Below, in pieces: positions 1-8,282 of a stretch of 64,000 nucleotides of DNA (position 1 is the stretch's first letter; each line of letters opens with the position of its first letter). The stretch lies in IMG/VR virus record IMGVR_UViG_3300045988_077625, positions 1 to 64,000 of that record; one strand, 5' to 3'. The DNA comes from a virus. The notes under the pieces are model-generated. The model did no database searches. It saw nothing but the letters and a program-made list of their open reading frames with translations, and was not told where the DNA came from. The position numbers and the translations under genes are program-made.

Positions 1-170
1 AGCATTGGATATATAAAAAGAAAAAAGACAAAATGGACGATTACATTATTTCTGGAGAAAAATTTGCAGACAAGTTAGGCGCGAATTTTCAAGATTTAGA
101 AAATAATGCAAAGGTTGTAAATGTAAATTCATATGAACAAAAATTTAACAAAATGGAGGAAGTTTTATGA
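1..170 (+). CDS. hypothetical protein, 3' end (open to window edge)
   Basis: Frame is open from base 3, with an internal ATG at 33. TGA 168-170 overlaps the next start codon (ATGA). Confidence 0.3.
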   Translation, partial: HWIYKKKKDKMDDYIISGEKFADKLGANFQDLENNAKVVNVNSYEQKFNKMEEVL

Positions 171-1258
171 GCGAAGCATATAAGTATACTGCTGGGCCAG
201 CAAGAGCCTTGTTTTTCTATGGTCAGACTCTAATTGGTGTCGGCAAAACTTTATCCGATACCACGTTCAATAGTGAAATCACCGCTGAAGAGGTTCGTGG
301 GGGCCCCGGCAATCTGCTCTACGGCAAATATTTCCATGATTCTAATCTAACAATCGAAATTACGGACGCAATGTTCAACCTAGAATATGTTGCAGCGTCT
401 CTAGGCGTCAATGTTGATCGTGGCGGTCTATCTCTTTATGAAAGTGGTAATTCTGGTGAAACCATTACGACCGCAGGTAGCCTAACACTTACGAACACAG
501 CCGTTGCATTTGATGGCGCTATGATTGGTTGGTATAAAAAGACTGGCACCAATGAAGATTGGACGGTTGCAACAATTTCCGGTAACAAGATGACCATTCC
601 TGGTTCTAAGAACGGGGACAAGTATTGTGTCAAGTATTTCTATATCAATGAAAACGCAAAGAGCATTACCATTAAGGCGCAGTATGTTCCAAAGGTATTG
701 CATCTAGTTCTAATTAACGATCTATACTCTGGTGATGCAACTAATGTTGCCGCATCTTCTGCTAAGTATGGTCGGCTCATTACCGATATTCCTCAGTATC
801 AGCTAAATGGAGGTCAGAATATCGCATGGTCTGCAACTTCTACTGCTACTGTTTCTCTAAGCGGCTCTGCGCTTGCTTACGACAATAGTGCATCTTGTGA
901 GGAAGCGCCAATTTATGGTACGATGACTCAGGAGATTTTTGGTACAAAGTGGCAGGACGATGTTGTAGCAATCGCTGTTGATAATGGCGACGTTGAAATT
1001 AGCAAGAGCGATTCTGAAACACTAAGAGTACGTGCTGTCTTTGGTGGTAATACTGCATCTAAGATTTATTCTAATGATAACTTTACGTTTGCAGTTGAGA
1101 ATACACCTGCTTCTACGGCAACTGGTACAACTGTTGATGCAACCGGCAAGATTACATCTGTCAATCAGGCTGGTGTCGCCGTTGTTTCTGTAACTCTAAA
1201 GAGTGCTCCGGCGAATGTCGAACCGGCGTATGTTAAGGTAACTGTTTCTGACAGTTAA
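167..1258 (+). CDS. major tail (tube) protein with C-terminal Ig-like domain
   Basis: 363-aa ORF upstream of chaperone-like ORFs and the tape measure. The N-terminal part resembles siphovirus major tail proteins. The C-terminal ~90 aa look like a Big_2/Ig-like domain (..AVVSVTLKSAPANVEPAYVKVTV). Confidence 0.6.
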   Translation: MSEAYKYTAGPARALFFYGQTLIGVGKTLSDTTFNSEITAEEVRGGPGNLLYGKYFHDSNLTIEITDAMFNLEYVAASLGVNVDRGGLSLYESGNSGETITTAGSLTLTNTAVAFDGAMIGWYKKTGTNEDWTVATISGNKMTIPGSKNGDKYCVKYFYINENAKSITIKAQYVPKVLHLVLINDLYSGDATNVAASSAKYGRLITDIPQYQLNGGQNIAWSATSTATVSLSGSALAYDNSASCEEAPIYGTMTQEIFGTKWQDDVVAIAVDNGDVEISKSDSETLRVRAVFGGNTASKIYSNDNFTFAVENTPASTATGTTVDATGKITSVNQAGVAVVSVTLKSAPANVEPAYVKVTVSDS

Positions 1259-1270
1259 TTATATTAAAAT

Positions 1271-1301
1271 AAGGGAGCTATTTTTAGCTCCCTTATTTTT
1301 T
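1271..1301 (+). terminator. rho-independent terminator
   Basis: AAGGGAGCTA-tttt-TAGCTCCCTT forms a 10-bp stem followed by a T-run. Confidence 0.8.
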
Positions 1302-1320
1302 AATTTTTAAGGTGATAACA

Positions 1321-1626
1321 ATGTGTGAGTATCTAAATGATGGAAATTGCAAAATACAAAAAGAAAAATGCCCGTTTACTTACTGGTGTTCTAAATTAAA
1401 TATTTATAAATATTTAAAAGATGGCGATAATTGCAACGTAAAAAGAAAATACGTTATTCCAAAAGGATATTATGAAGTATGCTTTGAAAGGCACGGGGAT
1501 TTGTATATAGAAGTACAAGACAAAACGATTGTATTGAAAAACATTTTTAAAGAAACACCAAAATATGTAAAGTTAAAAAAGAGCAATGGCGAATATAAGC
1601 TAATTGGGAAATTGGGAGGAAAATAA
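1321..1626 (+). CDS. hypothetical Cys-rich protein
   Basis: ATG 1321 follows AAGGTG. The N-terminus is CEYLNDGNCKIQKEKCPFTYWC. No family recognised. Confidence 0.4.
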   Translation: MCEYLNDGNCKIQKEKCPFTYWCSKLNIYKYLKDGDNCNVKRKYVIPKGYYEVCFERHGDLYIEVQDKTIVLKNIFKETPKYVKLKKSNGEYKLIGKLGGK

Positions 1627-1627
1627 T

Positions 1628-1993
1628 ATGTATGACAACATTAAAATTGAAAATTATTTAACGTATGCACAGGTGCAGGCAATTGCAAATAGCACAAAGA
1701 ACGCCGAGAATTGGGCAGAAAAGCAACAAAATATTGATATGCTTTTGATGCATTATGCTACGGATATTACTGACGAGGAGATTTCCGAAAAGGGGCACGA
1801 TTATTGGTTAAAGACAGGTTTTATTGATAAAGTAAAATCTTCTATTGAAAACTATAAAGACGTTGATACTGCGATTGCATATGAAGAAAATCCGATTAGA
1901 ATTTTAATTAAAATTTCCAATGAGATTCCAGAATTTAGCAAGAAGATGAACGAATTACTAGAGGTGTCTGGAAATGCCGACGGCAAAAAGTGA
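1628..1993 (+). CDS. hypothetical protein, possible tail assembly chaperone (position only)
   Basis: GGGAGG RBS then ATG 1628. Small acidic protein between the tail tube and the tape measure. Confidence 0.3.
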   Translation: MYDNIKIENYLTYAQVQAIANSTKNAENWAEKQQNIDMLLMHYATDITDEEISEKGHDYWLKTGFIDKVKSSIENYKDVDTAIAYEENPIRILIKISNEIPEFSKKMNELLEVSGNADGKK

Positions 1994-2519
1994 AGCGGAA
2001 TTATATCAGATGCTAGCCGCACCGTTACAGAAAGCGACGGATTACGTTGTTCAAAAGATATGGAATGAAAACAGAGAGATTGTTCGTGTAGTAGTATATG
2101 AGGCTTATCATCCAACAGCATACAATAGAAGTGGGGAATTTAAAGAGGCTTGGAATTATACGAGTGGAAGTCATAATTTGCGAAGAGGCTCTACGGCGAC
2201 AAGCGAATTTTACTATAGCCCAGAATCTATGAATATGGGTAGTCCGTATTATTATGCGCCAAATTACGGACAACACATTGGCGTTGCTGGGGACTATTTT
2301 AATGTAGATGCAAGACAGTATCTAGCTGATATTATTTATGGCGCTATTAAATGGGGCGGTGCATTTGGCGATGGATTCCCAAGGCAACGTGATGCATGGA
2401 AAGCTCTAAATAAGCGTATAGGTAGACGTAAAATAAAACAATGGATGAAAGAGGGCATGCAAATGGCCGGATTAAATGTCAAGATGCATAATACGCCGCT
2501 TCACGTTGAGGAAAGTTAA
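1974..2519 (+). CDS. hypothetical tail-module protein
   Basis: 181-aa ORF with its own ATG, overlapping the previous ORF by 20 nt. Confidence 0.4.
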   Translation: MPTAKSEAELYQMLAAPLQKATDYVVQKIWNENREIVRVVVYEAYHPTAYNRSGEFKEAWNYTSGSHNLRRGSTATSEFYYSPESMNMGSPYYYAPNYGQHIGVAGDYFNVDARQYLADIIYGAIKWGGAFGDGFPRQRDAWKALNKRIGRRKIKQWMKEGMQMAGLNVKMHNTPLHVEES

Positions 2520-2520
2520 C

Positions 2521-3033
2521 ATGGTGATATGTGGATTAGATGCTAGCACGTCATCTACTGGATGGTCTATATTTGATGACGGGAGGCTCATTGCATATGG
2601 TACAATTAAACCCAAAGGGGATGATTGGCATGATAGAGTAATGATGCTTACTATGGAATTATCAAAAATATTTAGACAGTATGAGCCGACGATTCTCTAT
2701 GCTGAGGAAGTACCACTAAAGAAAGGCGCGTCAACTATAGAGAAATTGGGTGCGGTACAAGGCGTGATTTTAGCACTATGCGCTGGCTTCGAGATAAGTC
2801 CATGCTTCTTGATGCCAAGCAAATGGCGTGGCGACCTTAATCTCTTTGACGGCACAAGAGCTGGATTGCAAAGAGATGTTCTGAAGAAAAAAGCCATAGA
2901 GATGGCGAATGAAGAATTTGGACTAAATTTAGCATGGGTTGCCCCAAGTAGCAAAAAAAATGAAGATGATTGCGCAGAGGGAATCCTTGTGGCCTATTCA
3001 CAAATCAAAAAAGGGAGTGTGATGAATGGGTAG
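2521..3033 (+). CDS. ruvC: RuvC-like Holliday junction resolvase
   Basis: N-terminus MVICGLDASTSSTGWS carries a RuvC catalytic-Asp motif. Also has EEVPL and a C-terminal NEDDCAEGIL acidic motif. Length ~170 aa. Confidence 0.7.
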   Translation: MVICGLDASTSSTGWSIFDDGRLIAYGTIKPKGDDWHDRVMMLTMELSKIFRQYEPTILYAEEVPLKKGASTIEKLGAVQGVILALCAGFEISPCFLMPSKWRGDLNLFDGTRAGLQRDVLKKKAIEMANEEFGLNLAWVAPSSKKNEDDCAEGILVAYSQIKKGSVMNG

Positions 3034-3403
3034 ACAATCTCAATATTCAATACTCGTAGACGCTGAACTTAATCTAAAAGATTTAGAGAATCAGCTAAAA
3101 GGACATAAATACAAAATAGATGTTAATAGTTCTAGTGCAAAAAGTGGCGCTAAAAATATGAAAGATGCGTCGGCTTCTGCAAAAGAATTAAAAAACGCTG
3201 GAGACGATTTATCATTAACTTATCAAGTAGCTAATGATGTATTCAGAAGAAGTATTCAAGTCATTTCATCTATGGTTGAACAAGTTAGAGAACTTGATTC
3301 TGCAATAACAGATTTCAAGAAAGTTTCTGACTTGTCCGGTGCGTCATTAGATTCTTATGTAGACAAATTAACAAAGGCAGGTCAAAGTGTCGCAAGAACC
3401 GGT
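3026..3403 (+). CDS. tail tape measure protein, exon 1 (proposed)
   Basis: TMP-type N-terminus (..FKKVSDLSGASLDSYVDKLTKAGQSVARTG). If unspliced, the frame stops at 3449-3451. Confidence 0.6.
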
Positions 3404-3740
3404 AAACCAAATCGGTCTGAGCCGGTATGTACAGATGGTAAATGTGCATAGAGAACAGCCCCTAAACCCTTGAAAGCCTCAAGAGCCTTATCACTACAAC
3501 ATGAGGATGAGATATGCCTGAGTGTGATATATTCATTAGTAATGAACAATTAGTGCGAAAGCAGAAAGACGATAAGGATGATTCCATGGTTGAAAAACCT
3601 AAAGAATCTATCATAAATAATGTATGATAAAAGGGCAGATTGGGCGCGAAGCCGTGATGAGCGGTGTGTCAATCGAATATACAGGGCGACCCTCCAAACA
3701 TATAGGGCGAAGAAATATTCAGGAAGGGCTTGAAAACCCC

Positions 3741-3769
3741 TTGACAAATTATTCAATATGTGCTATAGT
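3741..3769 (+). promoter_or_regulatory. sigma-A type promoter inside the intron
   Basis: TTGACA-17 nt-TATAGT with a TG extended -10 (3761-3762). Confidence 0.6.
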
Positions 3770-3801
3770 GGTATTACAAAATAGCAAAGGAGAGATATCA
3801 C

Positions 3802-4011
3802 ATGACCATTCTTATTTTAGGCGTTGTTTTTTGGGCGGTATGCAAGATGTTTGGTTTTGGATTGAGATGGCTTATTGGTGTTCCTCTCGATGAAAATCTT
3901 GAGAAATTAACAAAGGAATACGATAAGCATAGTCCAGAATATTATCAAGAGCTACAGAGACAGTCCGAAGAAGAACAGAAGCAATATGATGATTGGGGAT
4001 TTATTGAATAA
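3802..4011 (+). CDS. small membrane protein (intron-borne, no endonuclease motifs)
   Basis: AAAGGAGAG RBS at 3786-3794. 69 aa with an N-terminal hydrophobic helix (ILILGVVFWAVCKMFGFGLRWLIGV) and a charged tail. Confidence 0.5.
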   Translation: MTILILGVVFWAVCKMFGFGLRWLIGVPLDENLEKLTKEYDKHSPEYYQELQRQSEEEQKQYDDWGFIE

Positions 4012-4021
4012 TTTGTAACTG

Positions 4022-7000
4022 TCGGATATGGTGTCTGCTGCGGCACAATTTAGAAAATCTGGATTTAATGACCAAGATGCAGCATCGTTGGCGACCGTTG
4101 CTGCAATGTACCAAAACGTAGCTGATACGGCTATTTCAGCAGAAGATGCGGCCGCATCTATTACATCTCAGATTCGTGCATTTGGCGAAGATGCTAGTTT
4201 TGCTACAGAAGTAATTGACGCATATAATGAAGTGGCAAACAATTTTAGTGTAGGCACTAACGATTTATCACAAGCAATGGAAATTGCATCTAGTGGTATG
4301 GCTACTTATGGCAATGAATTTTCTGAAATCATCGGATTGGTCACAGCTGGCACAGAAATTATGACCGGAAGATCATCTCAGGTTGCCAGAGGGCTTAATA
4401 CGATTGCGGCAAGAATTGTAAAAAATAAGTCAGCATTAGCTACATATGGAATACAGGTAGAAGGTGCAAATGGTAAATTAAAAAGCACCTACGATGTTTT
4501 AACGGAATTAAAGCCCAAATGGGATTCAATGAGCGATGCTCAAAAAACTGCTTTGGGCGATACAATAGCTGGTACTAATCAATATAAAGTATTGGCTGCT
4601 GTTATGTCCAATATTAACACAGCAGTTGAAGCAAACGAAACAGCGCTATCCTCTCAAGGCTCAGCGATGAACGAAAACTCCAGATATATGGAGTCTTTTG
4701 AGGCTAAATTGTCAGAAATTGATTCAAAATGGCAATCGTTTTCTAATAATGTTGTAAATAACGACTTTGCTAAATTCTTGATGGATCGTATATCAGACAT
4801 ATTAAGCCTTGCTGATACTGGTTTAGGTCAAGTTATAACACAGATTACATTACTTACATCTCTTGGTTGGGGTGCTACGTCGTTATTAAAAGCGATGAAG
4901 ATTGTTTCTGCCGCAAAAAAGCAATTTGAAACATTTGGCGCTGTGATATCCCTTGTGAGGGAAGGTTCTGGAACTTTTGCAGAAGCTATTTCCGTAGCTG
5001 GTGGTGCTTCTTCAGTAGCTTTACCAGCAATTGCAGCAATAACGGCAGCTATCGTAGTATTGGGTAAGGTTATCCCAGCTGTTGCAAACATGATTGAAGA
5101 AGCGATATATAAAGTATCGTACGAGGGTATGGTTGAAGCTTTTGAAAATGCAACAGAGGAAGCAGATAGATTACAGAATAAGTATGAACAAGCAAAAAAT
5201 AGACTGCAAGATTTAAACGCTACACAATGGGAAGATAGGACACCTGAAATTCAAGCTGAAATTGATCGATTGAATAATTTGATTGCAATCTATAAGACGA
5301 TGGCAGAAGATGCAAACGAAGAAAAAATTAAGGCTGCTAAACAACTATTAGGTGCAGCTGAAAAGAAAGGTGTTACTGTTGGCGTTAAGGCAGTTTATAA
5401 CAAATCGTCTATTGGGCCTCAATTTAAATGGATTGAAGAAGATAAACAAGTTGTTGACGCTTTAAATAAAACATATTTAAGCACAAGAGATGCAATAACC
5501 CAAGTAGGAATTGCGGTTGGTGGAGTAATTCCTGATGTAAAAGATTTATATATGCAATGGGAGAATGCAGAAGAAGGTAGTGAGGAACAAGCTAATGCGT
5601 TAAAGAAGCTAGAATATGCGCTGCTAAATTATAATATTGTCATAAAGGAGAACAAGTTAACAACCGCTGAATTTTATGACGAGTTTGCAAAATTACGAAA
5701 AGGTGTTAATGGTAAAGGCACTGAGTGGGAACATGCCAGATTTACAGAATTGGCAAAATCTTTTAAAGAACAATATGATGCGTATAAACTTTTAAAACAA
5801 GAAGGAAAAGATGTAGACGCAACAGTTGAAAAAACCGTCAAAGAATTTGAAATGATGGCAGCTGTTGATTATATAGTCAGGCATAGTGCGGAATCTACAG
5901 AGCAACAAATACATGGGTTGGCTGAAGCATATGGAATGACGGAAGAACGTGCTGGTGATTTAATTAGAATGAGCGAAGGTCTAGCAAAAGCGTTTACTCA
6001 TGTAGAGCAAGCATCTCAAGATATGTCATTTATCAATGCTCAAATCGGCCTTGCGGAATATGTTGATATGGTGGACAAAGCTATCAATGCTAAAGCAAGA
6101 TTCGATGAGGCAATAGCATCTGGCGGTTTTAATTATTCTTCTGGCTATGAAGGGTTTGCAGACGTATATTCTGAAATGCAAGGATTGCTAGAAGGCAGTC
6201 AAATTGGTGGCGAATTCAGAGTTGGCGCACAACTACTATTCGATGAAAGCACGTATCAAAGCTTTATAGATGCCTTAGAAAATAATCTACCTGAAGCTAT
6301 GCGAATCGCACAAGAAGCTATGGCCAAATTATCGCCCTTGTTTGGTGATGCTAAAAATTCTGGACTTGGCTTTGTCGATACAATGCAGAAACTAGCTGCA
6401 AAGGGCGAATTGGTAGGTGCTACATATAAAGACGTTGATGGGCAAACAGAGATTACTATCACCAATTTAAAAGAATTGGCTGAATCGCTTGGCACTAGTG
6501 AATCCGGTGTGTTTGCTGCAATTCAGGCATGGAAAGAATTCGGCATTAACGCTCAATTAACATCATCTGATTTAATTGGATATTTAAATGACATTGGCGT
6601 AGCAACAGAAAACAACAATATTGACATGAACAGTGTTGTTGAAAAAATGCGTGAGCTTGGAGCTACAGATCAAGATATAATGTCATTGCAGAGCTTATTG
6701 CAGAATATGTCTGACGTTACGCTTCAAAATCCAATTAAGGACATCGACGATTTAAAAGATGAAGCTGGTAATGCTGATGATGCCGCAAACGATGTATATG
6801 ATACATTGCAAGGCATAAAAAGCACGACGTTTAGTCAAGTTCGTACGCAACTAAGTTTGTTGGGCACTGGCTTAGATACTGTTAAGACAAAAGCCAATGA
6901 TGCCGCCGTTGCTGTTGGCAGTGTTGATAGAGCCGCAGGTGGCAATAGAGATCGTACTGGGAATGGCGGCAGAGAGCCAGAAGGCGGAAAATCTGCAAAA

Positions 7001-8218
7001 GGCACAAGAAGCGCTCGTGGCGGTTTGACGTTAGTAAATGAAGAAGGCCCAGAAATTATTCAAGAGAACGGCAAACAACGCATAGCCAATAATGGTTTGC
7101 CAACATTGACCAATATCAAAAAGGGCGCAGTTGTTTATAACGCAAAAGATACAGCTAAAATGACCATGCGTAAAGCTGGTATTAGCGGCTCTGCAACGGT
7201 ATCGTCCTCTTACTTAAACACGTTGTTTAACAATTATGGGCTATCTTCTAGCGGCTCTAGTTACGCATCGTCTGGTAGCTCATCAGGATATTCATCTTCG
7301 CATACATCCTCTGGTTATAGCGGTGGCTCGTCTAGTGATACAGAAGATGCTTGGAAAAAAGAATTTGAAGAATGGTTAAAATGGAAAGACCATCAATTAG
7401 CTATGGATCAAATTACAGAACAAGCATATTATGACGAACTAAACAAAATGAATGAAAAATATTTTGCTAATAGGGCTGAATATTTGGAAGATTATTGGAA
7501 GTATCAAGAGCAAATCTACAAGTGGCAAAAGGAAAAAGAAAAAGACCTTTTAAATCGACAACTTGACGATTTGAAAGAATTAGAAGATGCTATAAATGAA
7601 AAATACGATGCTCAAATAAGCGCACTTGAAGATGAGAACAAAGAGCTAGACGATCAGTTAAAATATGAAGAATTGCTTGAAAATTTAGCTAAGGCAAAAG
7701 CAGAACGAGTCCTTGTCTATAAGGATGGAAGATTCCAATATGTTTCTGGCGGACAAAGCGTATATGATGCACAGGCCGCACTAGATGCTTATAATCGCGA
7801 CAAGGCATTAGAGGCACAGAAGGAAGAAATAGAAAAGCTTAGAGAGAATGAACTTTCTGCTATTTTAGAGCAAGAAGAAAAAATTAACAAGCAATTAGAA
7901 GAACTGTCTGATAACAAGGGCTATGCCAGTGGTTCTTTAGGTGTTCGTGGTGGTCTATCTCTTGTTGGTGAAAATGGTCCTGAGTTGCGTGTATTAAATC
8001 GTGGCGACGGCATTGTTCCTGCTGATGCAACGGCAAATATCATGCGGTGGGCAGGACAAAACCCACGCTCGTTTAAGACCGGACTTTTAAATGAACTACG
8101 GAATAATGTTGGTGGTGTTGTACAACATTTTGAAAATATAACATTGCCAAATGTTACAGACATTATGAGCTTCATGAATGAAATGAAGAGATTAAGCAGA
8201 TACGTATATCAGATGTAG
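4022..8218 (+). CDS. tail tape measure protein, exon 2 (main body)
   Basis: About 1400-aa ORF. Begins with the TMP core (AAQFRKSGFNDQDAASLATVAAMY) and has long coiled-coil regions. The motif GGL(T/S)LV.E.GPE occurs twice. Located downstream of the tail tube gene. Confidence 0.85.
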   Translation, partial: SDMVSAAAQFRKSGFNDQDAASLATVAAMYQNVADTAISAEDAAASITSQIRAFGEDASFATEVIDAYNEVANNFSVGTNDLSQAMEIASSGMATYGNEFSEIIGLVTAGTEIMTGRSSQVARGLNTIAARIVKNKSALATYGIQVEGANGKLKSTYDVLTELKPKWDSMSDAQKTALGDTIAGTNQYKVLAAVMSNINTAVEANETALSSQGSAMNENSRYMESFEAKLSEIDSKWQSFSNNVVNNDFAKFLMDRISDILSLADTGLGQVITQITLLTSLGWGATSLLKAMKIVSAAKKQFETFGAVISLVREGSGTFAEAISVAGGASSVALPAIAAITAAIVVLGKVIPAVANMIEEAIYKVSYEGMVEAFENATEEADRLQNKYEQAKNRLQDLNATQWEDRTPEIQAEIDRLNNLIAIYKTMAEDANEEKIKAAKQLLGAAEKKGVTVGVKAVYNKSSIGPQFKWIEEDKQVVDALNKTYLSTRDAITQVGIAVGGVIPDVKDLYMQWENAEEGSEEQANALKKLEYALLNYNIVIKENKLTTAEFYDEFAKLRKGVNGKGTEWEHARFTELAKSFKEQYDAYKLLKQEGKDVDATVEKTVKEFEMMAAVDYIVRHSAESTEQQIHGLAEAYGMTEERAGDLIRMSEGLAKAFTHVEQASQDMSFINAQIGLAEYVDMVDKAINAKARFDEAIASGGFNYSSGYEGFADVYSEMQGLLEGSQIGGEFRVGAQLLFDESTYQSFIDALENNLPEAMRIAQEAMAKLSPLFGDAKNSGLGFVDTMQKLAAKGELVGATYKDVDGQTEITITNLKELAESLGTSESGVFAAIQAWKEFGINAQLTSSDLIGYLNDIGVATENNNIDMNSVVEKMRELGATDQDIMSLQSLLQNMSDVTLQNPIKDIDDLKDEAGNADDAANDVYDTLQGIKSTTFSQVRTQLSLLGTGLDTVKTKANDAAVAVGSVDRAAGGNRDRTGNGGREPEGGKSAKGTRSARGGLTLVNEEGPEIIQENGKQRIANNGLPTLTNIKKGAVVYNAKDTAKMTMRKAGISGSATVSSSYLNTLFNNYGLSSSGSSYASSGSSSGYSSSHTSSGYSGGSSSDTEDAWKKEFEEWLKWKDHQLAMDQITEQAYYDELNKMNEKYFANRAEYLEDYWKYQEQIYKWQKEKEKDLLNRQLDDLKELEDAINEKYDAQISALEDENKELDDQLKYEELLENLAKAKAERVLVYKDGRFQYVSGGQSVYDAQAALDAYNRDKALEAQKEEIEKLRENELSAILEQEEKINKQLEELSDNKGYASGSLGVRGGLSLVGENGPELRVLNRGDGIVPADATANIMRWAGQNPRSFKTGLLNELRNNVGGVVQHFENITLPNVTDIMSFMNEMKRLSRYVYQM

Positions 8219-8226
8219 TGACAGAT

Positions 8227-8266
8227 ATATAAGAGAGGGCATTTAGTCCTCTCTTATATATTTTAT
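8227..8266 (+). terminator. rho-independent terminator
   Basis: ATATAAGAGAGG / CCTCTCTTATAT form a 12-bp stem followed by ATTTTAT. Confidence 0.7.
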
Positions 8267-8282
8267 AGAAAGCGGTGATATA

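Larger units (their letters stand above)
3404..4021 (+). mobile_element. putative group I intron interrupting the tape measure gene
   Basis: P1: ACCGGU 3398-3403 pairs with GCCGGU 3421-3426, with a U.G wobble at the splice site. P10: UCGGAU 4022-4027 pairs with GUCUGA 3415-3420. The terminal base G 4021 is a candidate omega-G. A P2-like hairpin lies at 3427-3449. GAAA-capped helices are present. The exon reading frame is restored by splicing. Confidence 0.6.

Noticed and set aside
1974-1993. Possible -1 programmed frameshift (GGCAAAAAG) linking ORF 1628-1993 to ORF 1974-2519, as in tail chaperone G/GT pairs.
   Set aside because: The downstream ORF is in the +1 frame, not the -1 frame. The heptamer is not a proper X XXY YYZ site, and the downstream ORF has its own ATG.
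3553-3557. GTGCG, the consensus 5' end of group II introns, inside the TMP insert.
   Set aside because: It is in the wrong position relative to the exon break. There is no reverse transcriptase ORF and no domain V-like hairpin, and the insert is too short. The group I pairings explain the junctions better.
7195-7335. Ser/Gly-rich tract in the TMP (SSGSSYASSGSSSGYSSSHTSSGYSGGSSS) as a possible tandem repeat or separate domain boundary.
   Set aside because: It is a low-complexity linker inside a continuous reading frame, and no exact nucleotide tandem unit could be read.
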